The translations under genes and the position numbers were made by a program. A DNA stretch of 64,000 bases, from contig BCIN01000008.1 of assembly GCA_039545335.1 (NCBI GenBank), positions 755,528 to 819,527 of the forward strand, given 5' to 3'. This DNA is from Kondoa subrosea (taxonomy: Eukaryota). Shown here piece by piece: positions 37,592 through 51,111 of the stretch. Position 1 is the stretch's first letter; each line of letters opens with the position of its first letter. The notes beneath the pieces were generated by a model that was not told where the DNA came from, made no database searches, and saw nothing but the letters and a program-made list of their open reading frames with translations.

Positions 37592-39409
37592 CTACTCAGC
37601 ACCCTCTTGCGGCTCTTCTTGCTCGTCGATGATCTGCATGTTCTCGATATCTTCAAGCAATTCGTTGACATGAATCTGAAGTGAGATAGTCAGCGGAGAA
37701 CGACATGGATGAGAGTTGCAATCACCTTGGGGAAGTCATCGCCATCTGCCTCTGATGCTGTAGTTTCACCCATTTCACTCTCAGTATCCATCTCGTCTGG
37801 GTCTCGTCTTTTCTTTTGCGCTTTGTAAAGGTTCACAGCCGCTCTGAGTTCATCATCTTCCTCCAAATCGCGCAAGAAAGTTTCGTAATCCGCTTCTGCT
37901 CTCTGCTGATCCACACCACCTTGACCTCTTGCGCCTTTTCCTTTGGCTTCAACTTTATCTCTGCCCAAACCAACCGTATCATCCGCTGCAATGGTCGACA
38001 AAGACTTCAACTTCCATTTCCTAGCTTTCTGCTTCTTCCTTCTTTCAGGGTAAGTCTTTTTAACTAGAATCACTTCAGGTATTCTATCTTCGTTTGCGTT
38101 TCTAGCAACCAAATCGTCCCAAGCTTCGTTGTTGAAATTGGCGTTTGTGAGGAAATAGCCTAAGACAGTATCACCTGGTTTTAACACTGATCCTAAATGC
38201 GTTCGAGTGTGGAAAATGGCATCGGAATCCATAGCAGAAGATACTGGTGCGACTTGTGCATCAGCTAATAAGAATCGACCTTTATTTGCTGTTTTAGGTG
38301 GATGTGAAGAAGGTTCAATATCAAGAACGACAAATTCCGTTGCTCCGCTTGGACAGGAAACTAGAGGTGCGAAAGGTGCTCGCCAGTAAGCTGTTGAAGT
38401 GATTTCGGCGTGTTGAAGAGTAAGAGGATCGTAGAGATGAATAGAGTTGCCAACTCTGGTACAAATTGCCAGATTGCCCATTTGACCTAAAGAGTTTGCT
38501 GCTTTTCGACTTAGACAAACCAAATCATCTTTACATATCGGAGCAATTTCTACTGAATAAGAAGATTTGTAATTGGTCGTTGCGTTTTGAGTATCGAGGG
38601 AAATGAGTTGTTCAGAAGTCTTGAGACGAACAGGTACGACAGCTGATAAGAACTCGACCATTTTGGCTGCATGCTGTTTACCAGCATAGAAGAAATCTAG
38701 ACCATCCCGAGCTTCTTTGATTGAGACTGTATCTTTATCGGCACCGTGCTTGAGGATAAGTTGTTCAAGATAAAGGAAAGTTCGCTTGTGGTCAACCTTC
38801 TGCCGCACTTGGACTAACGCTCTCCATGTGTTCTTTGCTGCCAACTTTGTGCAATCTGGGCATTGACCGTAGACGACAACGAATTCAATTTCGAAGACTT
38901 GCTGAAGGATAGTAGCTGATAGGACCTGTCAGGTACAAACGATGAGCTCGGCATATCATCACGTCGAGTGCACATTGTCACTGACCTCTTTCTGCACAGT
39001 CAGCTTGACTCGCAATCGCTTGCTGTGAGGTTCAGTCCAGATGAAACCAGCGTCGACCAGTCTGACTTCTTTCAATCCTTTCAATTTCCTCAAACAGATA
39101 GCCAACAATTCCCTGCTCTCTAATTCGGCCAGTAACCAGGAATTCGGAGGCGACAAGTAGCGATCACAGTTTCTGCAAAAATTGATTGTCGCTTGCTTTG
39201 GAATGGATTCTGTAATGTCGACTGTGTTTCGCAAGCAAGGAACACAGAGACCAGCATTGTCTGCTCAGGATATCAGTAAAGCTCAACTGTTGCGATATGC
39301 AGAGCTTACTTGGCTCAATTGCACTTCCGCATTGTGCGCAAAGAACGTAGGCTTTCTCAACCACTTGAGCGCTTAGAGGCACTGCATAGGAATGTGTATC
39401 AACTTCCAT
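37592..39409 (-). CDS. NMD3: 60S ribosomal export adaptor NMD3
   Basis: 'CRNCDRYLSPP..AELESRELLAICLRKLKGL..RLVDAGFIWTEPHSKR', 'WRALVQVRQKVDHKRTFLYLEQLILKH'. Confidence 0.96.
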
Positions 39410-40026
39410 TGTTCCGCAGGGGTACCTTGACGGAGCAGAAACAAGCTTGTAAAAAACGATGCGTTGAAAATCGCCACGAGTGCTGACTAATCACTCAGAA
39501 CCAAAGTGAGAAAGAGAATTGCTATATCAATCCATCTACTGTGATACCAAAGAGCAGCGCAGAATGTAATAAAATGATTTGGCATAAGTGTTTGGTATAT
39601 ACGGGCACGAAAACTAAAAATTATATCCCTGCGCGTAAGCTTCTCTGATGAAGCCAACCCAATCAAATGTGAGATCACTAGACAGTATTCGTCAGTCAAG
39701 ACACATTCGCTTCCTGCCGATAGACTCACCCATTCGTATCTCTGTCCAAACCAGGCAAATTTACTTGCTGGTCCTGCCACGTTGGCTGCATCAGGAAGAT
39801 TGGTACACGGCCGGATCGCACTTCCTATGTTATATGAGCTTGTGGGTTAGATTAGACCTCGAAGCAAGCCTCAAACACTTACGCCGTCAGCATCTAGCAG
39901 ATGGCGGAGTAAAACAACAGCTGTTCTGCTAGATCCAGGCCTGTTGTAGTCTAGTTTGGCTGTTTCTTCGCTGTATCCAAGAATCCGTTCAGTCAGGACT
40001 CATGGAGAGCAATACGGCTTGTGGGC

Positions 40027-41044
40027 TTACCGAAGAAAGCCAGGCGGATGCTGAGGATAAATTATAACAGACGCTACCTCCCAAGGTGGCATTGCTATAG
40101 ATTTCACGCGATAGTATAAAGCGGGATTCTTGATATCTTTGGTGCGCTGAAGATCTATAAGAAGTACTCGCTGAGTTTGCAAAGGCGGGTCGGCAGGTCG
40201 AAAAACGTCAAAGGCAAACGCAGCTGCCATGTTCAGCACGCCTGGCAAACGACTCAACGATTTTGAACTGGCGGCCAGAAATTTCTGACTAACCATGCAT
40301 CGTCTTGCTTGACTTATACATTGAGCTGTGTAGTTGATCTGCTTTCCGTTGAGCTCTATCTATCTTGATTGCGTTGCGTAAGCCTTCTGCGATAATTTTG
40401 CAATCGACTAAAGGACATGAGAGGCAAGTATCTGTGGAAAGATTCAAACATACTTTTGTGCTGCTTCCCTGAGAAGCCAGCGATGAGTCGGGTATTAAGT
40501 GAGAGCATCGACGTACAATCGATTGTCTGACATTGTCTAGAGCAGTATCTAGACACACATGCTTCTTCATCGACGTATTGTTAGCTCAAATCAAGACTTA
40601 CGGTGATTTACACGTGGAACAGACTTGAAATTTGCCCCCCTCGCCACATGATCTCCCACAACAGCGGCATCTGTGCGTACGGTTTCAGCTCACATCTCGC
40701 GGCTTTCACAAATACGATAATTACGTGGTCACAGCCACAGGGCCCTGTCTGCTCATCCTGGTACCCCCTAGCCAGATCAAAGGTTCGCATTTACCCTGGC
40801 CGTTGCTGTAGATTGGAAAGAAGAGTTTCCCAGGTGTGGGTGTGAAGACCGGGAACACACTTCGACCAATGATACCATGCTCATATAGGAGCTGACTTAC
40901 TAGCTCTAGGCCACTGAGAGACACTCTGTTGGCCCTTGTAAGCTCATCATGCATCTGCTGAGCCTGTAGCGGATCGCCAGATCGGGCTATATCAAACAAC
41001 TTGTTGCGTTGGGCGGCAGCTCGTCTAGCTCTGAGAGCCTCCAT
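40027..41044 (-). CDS. Hypothetical protein or degenerate gene (fragmented ORFs)
   Basis: ORFs 40721-41044, 40289-40570 and 40027-40296 on one strand; no family recognised. Confidence 0.3.
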
Positions 41045-41278
41045 TGCTTCGTTCGGTGAGGAGCTGCGCAGGTATAGAGTTATGTAGGCTTATTCGTTGT
41101 CGAGAAAAAAGAGGTCCGGGATTTCATTTTACGTCAAGACTTATGCTACGTTTTCTGAACAAGCTTTGAGCTGCGTACAGAGAAGAATCTTTGGCTAGTC
41201 TTACCTTTGACTGATCCGAGTTGGCCTGACCACCTTTTGCTCCCGATATAGCCAGCGCAACTCCAATCCAATTTAGGA

Positions 41279-42388
41279 TTAATTCTTCGAAATACCCGAG
41301 CAGTTCTCTTTATGCCCAGCTTTCCAATCTAGCGTCGCATGATCATTCGAGCAATACATTGCACAAGAGCAACTGTCAACAGAAGATGAGCAACTACGAT
41401 GAGTCCAACAAATGACAGATAAGACAGAACGTACCCAGTGCAATGCTTGAACCGCTTGAATATCCTCTCTTCCTCTGGCGATGGATTTGGCGGACGAAGG
41501 AAAGTGCAACCGCAATAAATACAGTCCCGTAGAGATGTAACAGTGCATGCTTTGATAGGAGGATATTAGCGGAGAGCCGTGATACGTTCTTTGGTGGTGT
41601 CGAGAGTGACCGCATTGCGCACAATTGCAGCCAGAGGGGTACTCATTCGAGCTATCCTCTGAGGTAAGCTAGCTTTGAGTAGGACGACCAGTTACTGCCG
41701 GTATGAGTGTCCATTCGTAAATATAGTGCAGACGTTTTGGCCACTTGGACACGACATTTTGATCGTTACTGAGGCGATCGAAGATTGCAGGTTGCTTAAC
41801 AGCTGTTTTGAAAAGGTCGAGTAAGGAGATCTTGATGGTCTGCATTACCCCATCTGACGGATGTGCAGTGAGAATTATGCTCAATTGAGTCATGCCGTCC
41901 AGAGCTAATCGAAAAATTCCCTCTGCATCGACCACTTTGAAGGCTCGCAAGCGATTGGAGACCATGAGTACATCAGAAAACATTTGACACACGGTGAGGA
42001 GGTCTTGCTGATCGGCAATAAGAACCTCTTGCATGGCATCTTGGCAAACGCTGGTAATGAGAAGAGGTCGCTCGCTACAGATCCGCTTCAATATGATGAG
42101 CAGGTAGTGGTGAACCATGCCATTGCGAGGCTCTTGTCTTATGCGTTGATCCAATTTGGGTTCTAGCATTCTGGTAGCTCGCCAATCGCCAGCTTCCCAT
42201 AACTTGATGTGTCGCTCTGTTTCCGCTGGTATACAAGCCATAATGTGTTGAGGGTAACGTTGCATCTTGAACAGATTAAGAAGCTCTCCGGAGCTGACCC
42301 CCAATATATGATCTTGGGACCGAAGAAATTTGCAAACACAGAGAATTCGAAGGCAAGCCGTCAGCAAGGCTCTTCTGTTATTGATCAA
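41279..42388 (-). CDS. Protein with C-terminal MYND-type zinc finger; 5' end uncertain
   Basis: '..CSCAMYCSNDHATLDWKAGHKENC' preceded by a helical ORF 41669-42388. Confidence 0.65.
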
Positions 42389-42682
42389 CTAGGTCTAGGG
42401 TATGCCAAAGAGGTATCGAAGCACAGGTATACACTGCAGATTCAGTCGCGGACTCGCGGTTGCTCGAGCTCTACAACGGCTGTCAATTGCTGCACATCTC
42501 CGCTCGGCGCTGCACCATCAGTGTTGCTGCTTCTCTCCGGTCATCGGTCGTCTAGTCTCGAAAGTGCATGTGATTGACAATTTCTCTGTCAGCAATATAC
42601 GTTTTGTTATTATCGGCCGCTTGCTCGCTGGTCTCTTCCTTTTCCTGCTGCATATCTTGGCTCGAGAAGAGCATAAAACGGA

Positions 42683-44158
42683 ATGCCTCAATCAACCGCT
42701 GTGTCCGCTCAGCAACTCAACAGAGCATCACGAGTGTCAAAAGCAACAGTGCTGGTAGTTCTCGGAGCTGCTTTAGCGAAATATAGAGGCGTCCATGTTC
42801 CTGGAGGATTCCGCTATGTGTGGATGGTCTTGCTATTGTTGCATTGGAAGAATTTACCTACTGCTTGGCACTGGATAACCTTTACTCGTAAGTGCAGGCT
42901 CTTTGCTACAGCTGTACGTTTATATCGTGATTCCAGCACTCTTCACCGTTCTCTTCCGTCGGTATCAATCCTATTGGGGTCTTTACAAACCAGCAAAAGG
43001 TCAACGAGCGAAAGAATTGGGCTTTCCTCAAGCGGATTGGTACATTCATTCAGTTGGCATCAGCCCTTTCTCTCCTGAAGCTACAATCGTGACAAATTAT
43101 TATGTCGGCATCGCTGACTCGGTAAGCCAATCAAATGTCCTACAGTTCTTAAGCTGACCATCTGTCTGCAGGATTTCAACCTACATCTGTCAAATTCAGT
43201 TTACGCGAAAGCTTTAGAGTCAGCTGTCATGAGCGCAGGATCAATAGCAAATATTGATGCCTTCTGTCATCAGTCACGCACGAATGAAAATTTCCATGTA
43301 CCAGTTTGGCCAACTGTTCCGAGTAGCTAAATTCAGCGCTCTGCTCGGAGGGACATCATATTTGTTCTTGAAGGAGTGAGTTGGTCTCAACCCATTTTTT
43401 TCGTTCATGTCTGACCCATTTCTAATAGAATCCCTATGCTTACCCGATATACCGTCGAAACGATGTTGGTCGCATGGTCAGTTCTTCTCTACTTTCTGAT
43501 CATATAAAGCTGACGTTCTTCGTTAAAAAGGTCAGATCGCTGGTATTTTGAGCGTCAGTCTTTTGATCACAAGTGATGCTTAAGCTGATGTCTTCTTGTC
43601 ACTAGTACACCGCTTTTCACTGCCCATATCACACAAGAAAGGCCGAGATACGATCATCAAAACACCTCAAGGCGATCGAGTGCTTTGCACGCTAGCGCTT
43701 TCCAAAATCACTTGCAAAGTTGGTAGAGATATTGTAATACCATCTAGAGGTGTTGCATATTGTGGATATGGTCAGTAAGTGTTGTCTCTGCACTTCATAT
43801 TCAGAGTAACAAGGCTGATGCAAATGACAACACAGGGATGGCGCGAATTGGAGTAGGACGAAATCGTTACAGAAACAAGGTTTCAAGGCCCAAAAAGCTT
43901 TCTTGACTGGTGAATCGGAAGCTGACTGCAGTGAGTTGCATACTGCTCAGCAAGGAAAACGAAATGCTTATGTATTTTCATTGTTAGATATTGATTGGGT
44001 CGAAGAAAAGAACAAGAAGGCTCTCGCCATCATNGACCAATTAGGTATGTCTGTATGNTCCTNAACNNTGGNANTCNGCTGANTTTGNNTGGTAAGGCGG
44101 TCATGAGCGCAAATCGGTTTGGCTAGAACTGGCAACATTGCATGAAAGTCAATCCTAG
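42683..44158 (+). CDS. Hot-dog-fold thioesterase-like protein (4HBT/THEM6-like), paralogue 1
   Basis: 'GIADS|DFNLHLSNSVYAKAL' motif, N-terminal TM 'LLLLHWKNLP.AWH'. Confidence 0.7.
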
Positions 44159-44399
44159 AACAGAAGATAGAAATAGATAGTGTCGTTCACACGCAGACAT
44201 CGTAGAGATTCGAGATGTGAGATTTTAGATGAGATGCATGAGCTTGACTGAACTTTCTCGGCACCGAAGTCTGATCCCGCTCTTTGATTTCGAAATATAC
44301 GCATCTTCTTTTGGTAGCAATAATTGGGGGAATCAATATGTTCAGGTTCTAATATTACACATGCTCCACAAAAACCCCCGAATCACAACTCCCTGACAC

Positions 44400-47300
44400 T
44401 CAAAACACATTCGTACCAAAAATTGCCCCTCGCTTGAATTTGCGTCGACGTTCATTCATCGATATGTTAGCTCTTGTGGCTTGCCTCGCACGATAGGAGC
44501 CGCTGACATCGACAAAGCGCTTGTTATGGCCTGCAGTTTGACTAACAGCAGGAAGGGCAGCTTCACATGTTCTGTTAGAGATCATGTGAGCTGAGGAAAC
44601 GCATTAACAGCGAATAGAGAGTCTACCCGATGAATGCCCCACTCGCCAACGTGCATGTTAATTGTGAAGCGCAGTCACTGGTCCTCGCACAAGCCGCATT
44701 TAGCTGGCTCGTAGCGCAGCTACCAAACGTAGTCCTCAGCCCAATTCGTCGCAGAACAAGCATTAGGAAACACACCTTCCGCTATTGCATGATTGAGAAA
44801 GACATTGTGAGTTAAGTTGACATGCTTGATTTGCATTGAGTTGACCGGGAACACAAACTCTACTCCGAGATCAGACATCTGTCCTCAACAAAGGTAGTAC
44901 GATACGGGAACATACCCTATAGACGCGAAACCTAAATTACAGACTTGAGGCGTGGCGCAATCGCTTGACTGGGAGCAAGCTCCGTTTGCTGAGCTTGCTT
45001 GACATCTGCGGCCATGGCATGTTATATACATGGGCGACTTGACGATAACAAGCACTTACGAGCCATCGAGACATTCAGCAGATAAGCATTGGGCTGATAT
45101 TTTGCAGGAACTGCCAGCCGTGAGTTGTGCATTGATACAGGCACTGTGCAATGACTTTGAGATGGTCACACACTGCAGTTGTGTTTCACATACCCTAATG
45201 ATCCGCTGCCGTTCGCATCGCAGACCAGGTCTGAGTAAGGCACACAGTCGCTTGTTGATTCGCAAGCNCCGTTCGGTCCACTTCCTTGACATCTGTCCAG
45301 CACAGATTGGCGATGCATANGATAGTGAGGCATTGCGATACTTACTTGCCAAATGTACACTGATTGGAAAGACATCTAATACGCCTACATAAGCATGGTC
45401 TGATAGAAATTAGACAGAGCAGCGTACTGCGCATAACCGGAACAAGCACTGCCGGCGTTGAGATTTCCTGCCAAACAGATGCCACCTCCTCGCATGATAA
45501 CACAGACATTCGGCGCATCACAGCCATCGTCAGATACGCAAGCAGTGTTGGCACCGCTCCCCAAACACCTTGTGACACCGATCTGCGAGTGCTCTAGTGC
45601 GAATACAAAACGTTCAACTTACTGGCCATTACTACCACATTGAACAGAGACGCATTGAGCATTCAAGCTGCAGGAAGCGCCTTTATCGAGTTGTGCTGGA
45701 AGACACGTGCTACACATAGCCTATCAGGTGAAAGCAAACATTGGCATCGATAGAGATGGACTGACCCCAATGACCCGCTACCGTTCACACTGCAGATCTG
45801 AGATGAGGGACAGTCGCTGGTCGACTTGCAGGAAGCACCGTCGACAGAGCTCGCTTGGCATCTATTAAAACAATCACAACGTGCAAAGATGGAGAAACAG
45901 CGAGGCTTACATCCCATTACTACACAGACCCGACAGGCATTGTTGATAAGCTGTGCAAGCTTGTCCAGCACCAAGTTGTCCGGGAAGGCAGGAGCTATGC
46001 GCGAACATCAGAAAATGTCACAACGAAAAATCCATGTGTGCTTTTACCCNAGTGAGCCTCCGCCAGCTAACTGGCAGATTTCGGAGGAAGAGCAGTCATT
46101 TGCGGATTGACATGGTCCGTTGGTTGCGCTAGCCAGACATCTACAAGGAAAAGAAAATACCTTAAATCGTACGGATTAAGNGANTGGATGTGGATTCTTA
46201 CCTGGCGTTGCGGCTGCATTGTCCAGACAAGCACTGCGCNTTCAAACGGCAGTAAGAGCCAGCCGTGAGCTGTCCTTGAAGGCAAAGACTAGATGGGGCT
46301 CAGTCTCATTGCGTCATCTTTGAAAAGTAGCCTCACCCCGGTATATCACTAGGCTTGTAGCAAAATTGCGGCGAGGCACAATCATTGGCGGATTGGCATG
46401 AGCCGTACAGCGAACTAATTTGACAGCTGCCGGTGGGAAACAGATTTAGAGCAATAATGGGTCCGACAACACAACACCCACGTCCTAGAGCATTGGCCAG
46501 AAAGACATTGCTGACTCAATGTACAGGTTGAGCCGGCAGTCAACTGAGCAGGAAGACAGCTATGCCGGGAATTGCAGACCATCAAACGATATGAACTCAA
46601 GTGTGAAGAACAGAACTTACCCCGATCCGCCACCAGTAGGATTGCAGACCTCCATTGCGGAGCAATCACTTGCCGATTGGCAGGTCGAACAAGTACCACT
46701 GGTGCATATCCCGGTGACCTTGATCAAAGGGTGAGCTTCTCGAAGCCAAAGGAGCATAGTATCCGGTCAAACCTACGCATTGATTCGCAGAAGTGCATGA
46801 ATTGCCTTTGGGAGCTTGGCAAACGCCTCCAGTACATGCATTCGGACTTTGACAATCATTCGGGTAGGCAGTAGAGGAACAAGCGCCACCAAGTGCTAAT
46901 TGTTTTTTAAGCCACTGTGTTGTGTTTAATCAAGGGCAGGACATACGCTGATAACCGCATTTCAACTGGGAGTTGCAAAAACCCGATGCGCAGCTTCCAT
47001 CGACACCTCGGTACGAGCAAGCTGCTCCATCTGCCTTTGGAGCAGCACCACAAATGTTGTTTGCACAAGTCAAACCTGATTGACAGTCTGCTGCGACGCT
47101 GCATAGAGTTCCTTTCGCTCCAGAAACACATTTGTTGGTGAGAGTATTGCATATTCCCGATGAGCATTGTATAGCACTTGAACACGGTTGGAGATTGCCT
47201 GGTCGCTTGTATTAGCACCATGCAGGATGTTGAGGGTTTCTAAGAACCTACTAGACTGAGGCTGGCAATAGCTGCTTGCCGCGGGATTAGGGCAGTAATA

Positions 47301-48825
47301 GCCACTCCCGCATGGTGTTGAAGAGCTGCAAGAAGACGCGCAGGTTCCAGACACGCAACCACCCGAAGCACAGTCTGTTGCTGCCGAGCATGATTGTCCG
47401 GTACCTGCAGAGATGAACTCATCAGCGCTAACAGATTGAAAGAAAGAAGTGCAGCATACTTGTGAGACAGGTTCCCTTTTGCCCTGAGCTGGATCCAACG
47501 CATGAAAGACCAGCAAGACAGCCTTCGTTTGAAGAACCTGTTGTTGGCAGCGTCAGATGAAAAGGGTGAGTATAAGGAAGGACAATCTGTACATTGCTGC
47601 TGAAAGCCGCGCTGGGTCAAACATGTTTTTGCTGAGCTACAGTATCCGAACGCGCAGTCGCCGTTCGATGTGCACTGACTGCCCTCCGTGCGCAGGCATG
47701 TCATTGGTGGGGGGTTATTGGAGGGGGGTTGGATGCCGCGACTACAATAAAGCCCTGGTTCACAATCGACGAATGTAATGCAAGTTTCTTGAAATTCTAG
47801 TACATAACAATGAGATGGACAAAGATGCTTTATATCGAGAAAAAGCCTACTGCGGTATCCGCATGTCTTCGCTGTTCTATTGCAGTAACCCGAGCAGCAT
47901 TCCCCGGCAGAAGAGCAAGGCTGTCCATCATCGTTGATGCCTGATACTGCGTTAGTGGTCGAATCACAATCTTCGATACCAAGACATGCTCACCACCGTT
48001 TACACATGATGCAACACATGTTTTGTTGACGCAAACTGAACCACCGCAGCATCCATTATTAATAGGATCGCTGATTAGGCACATGAACAAGTGATATTTG
48101 CGGCGTAAGGTTGAAAGAAAAGCCGTACCATGGATTACCAGCAGTTGGACATTGGAGGCAGAAGTTACCAAAACCTTGACCGCCGATGTAAGCATAAGTG
48201 CAATAGTTGGTGCAGCACTGAGAATTTGTGGAACTATTTTTTCAATTTTTTTTAGTGCTTGTCTGAGTTTGATGCACAACATGTTTACCAGGCTGATTGC
48301 AAAGACAGACCCGCTAATATCAAACGCATTAGCTATGTGTGAAGGGAAATTGTGCGACAGCGCTCACAAGGATTTGCAGCGCAATATTCCGGTACTGACG
48401 GACCAGGATCAGAGGGTGTGGTTTCAGCTAGCTGAGTATAAGCTCAGAGCACAGCATATGTGTAGTATAGACAGACGTTCGTCAGCACAAACGGCTTGTT
48501 TATTGCCATTGCTGAATTGAAGGAGTAACATTAGCCTGAAAGAATTGCTCTTCCCAAGGCTTACTAGGTTTCGCAGTATCCGGAGCAACAGGGAGAGTAT
48601 TCGACCTATGGACTTGGATCAATCCCATAGTTCATCAATATGAAGTCGAAGGAGCTGACACAATTTTGACCATTGGCTGGATCACTCCTTAGCTTTAGTC
48701 TTAACAGGATTAGACGCGAACGTACCAATACACTGGCCCGAACAAGTATTTAACAAAACGCAAGGATTAGGGGCAACAACCAGGCTCAGTGATCCACCGA
48801 AGACAAGCAGCTGACTAAGGCGCAT
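44400..48825 (-). CDS. Large secreted cysteine-rich repeat protein, many small exons (region contains Ns)
   Basis: Signal-peptide-like MRLSQLLVFGGSLSLVVA; repeated modules such as GSTCTLSQQCLSGQC, GASCKSTSDCPSSQICSVNGSGSLG, GQSCSAATDCASGGCVSGTC; last exon 44400-~44575. Confidence 0.7.
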
Positions 48826-49586
48826 GACAAAGAACGCGCAAAAAGAGACGAATCGAAATGATATGCGGAAGGTGCTGATCTGCAGTAGCTTGTGGTAGTA
48901 GTGCTGCAAAAGACAGACGCTAGCGCCTTCGCTCCTTGCCTTCTCCTGCAAGACATTGACCCACGACAGCTTTGCCGAGTCAAAACAATGGGATCTCCCA
49001 AAAGTGTCTCTAGGAAGTACCTGACGATCAAGGGCAAGCCAGTGAAACCAGGTTGAGCCAGTACAAGAGTTGTAAAATGTGCTGCGCTAATTGTCACCCA
49101 AAAACTTCATTGCAAGGATGCCAATAAAAAGTTGCAATACGATGGATGGTGCATTGGATGGACGGATCCCGCTCAAACGCGAAAGAGATGTGCCGTTTGA
49201 AGTACACCTATCGCTCACATCGATGTAGGAATAGAGACTGATCAGCACTCAATGGCGTGGTTGAATGTCCTTCTGATCAGTGCTTTGCCTGTTTGCACGT
49301 TGCCTGTTCCTGTTGCCGATGAGATGTCCGCTACAACACTTCCTGCTCATGAACTAGCCATGCAGAATCCGTGACTGTATCTCTTAAGTATTCTGTTCTT
49401 GATATATTAACTCTTTAAGCTTTGTTTCTGCATTCTCCCGACGTATAACGCGGGCCTACGAGGCCTTAGATAGGACTTGATCCTTGGTGTCCATGCTAAG
49501 TAGATGCTCCATGACCCCGAGGACCGGTCAGGCTCGGTCAGGTCTCAAGGAGATTGTCTTATGTTCTGAGTTCCCTTTCTGTCACA

Positions 49587-51041
49587 ATGCCTCAGTCCAC
49601 TGGTGTCACTCCGCTTGCTAGATCTCGTTTTCTGAAAGGTACATCAGGGACGGTGATACTGTTGTTAGGTTAGTCCGAGCTACTGATCACGAAATATAGC
49701 AGCTTATTGTGATGGTTTCAGGCGCTGTAATAGCTCGCTATCGGGGTCATCGAGCGCCGAAGAACTTACGCTATGCATGGGCTCTCTTGCTGCTTGTACA
49801 TCTCAAGAACCTGTAGGTGCATTACGCATTTGCATCAACTTGCATGTGAATTATGAAGCAGACCCTTGATGTGGCATCTCACCGTCCTAGGTCGTGCGTT
49901 GCTACAGATTTCATGACCAACTGTCTCAGCGCATCTCTCTAGCGGTGTTACGATGGATAGGGAGACGATACCTGAGCAAATTTGGTCTATATAAGCCGAA
50001 ATTCGGATGGAGAGCTAAAGAGCTTGGCTTTCCAGCTGAAGATTTCCATGTCCCTTACACTGGGATATCTCCGTTCTCAGAAGCAGCGGTGCTTTGGACT
50101 AGGTATCGAGTAGGCATACCAGACTCGGTTTGTCTTTCCTTGTCGATGTCAGCAACATTAGGCTGATCAGGGCCATAGGACTTCAATCTACATTTATCAA
50201 ATTCGGTCTACGCGAAGAATCTAGAGTAAATTCTGCGCTATTTTCATTCGAGAGTTCTGGCTGATGTGATTATGTTGCAAGTCATGCGCGGATGAAATTC
50301 ACCTTCGATCGGTTTGGCCAGATTGCTCGTGTTTCAGGCTTTAATGCACTGATCGGTGGTGTATCGTATATGTTTCTCAAGGAGTCAGCCATTTTTCCAC
50401 TACCGGGTTTGCTCATGAACGCAATGTAACAGGATCGAAATGTTTGCTGTCTATGAAGTTGAGACCTCAATAGTAGCCTACACAGACAGGTGGTTTTTCA
50501 TGCGTTAGCTATCTTGACTTCTTCGCTTCCAGTACTGAAACAATCGATAGTTCATCGCTTCTCGATCCCCCTTAATGCAGCTCGAAGTCCGAAAGATATC
50601 ATTATTAAAACCAGTCATGGCGACCGTGTTCTTACCACGCTTGCGCTTACCAAAATCACCTGCAAATCCTGTAGAACAACAATCTCGCCCGATCGCATTC
50701 TGGCATATTGCGGATATGGTATGGATGGGAAGAATTGGGCCCGATCGAAAAAGCTCGAGAAGAAAGGTGTGAAAGCACAAAAGGCTTTCCTTACTGACGA
50801 TTTATCGGACGAAAGTACTAGTGAGCTGATTTGATGTATACTCACTGCCACGGACTGAATTCTGCCTAGATCTGGAATGTTACGAAGAGCAAAACCAAAA
50901 GGCTTTGGCTATTATTGAACGCCTAGGTAAGCTGCGCTGCTCTGGGAATGACTCATTCCGCTGAATGTCCCACTTTAAGGTGGACATGAAAAAGCCGCTA
51001 CATGGATTGAATTGGCTAGAATTCACCAAGAGCAAAAGTGA
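49587..51041 (+). CDS. Hot-dog-fold thioesterase-like protein, paralogue 2
   Basis: MPQSTGV start, 'GLYKPKFGWRAKELGFP', 'GIPDS|DFNLHLSNSVYAKNL', 'GDRVLTTLALTKITCK' collinear with 42683-44158. Confidence 0.7.
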
Positions 51042-51111
51042 CAGTCAATCTTACAACCAAAATGATCAATATCTGCCCTGCAGTCACTTTGCTATTTGAC
51101 CCCTTGTTCCC

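Noticed and set aside
44030..44090. Cluster of N bases
   Set aside because: Assembly ambiguity, not a biological feature.
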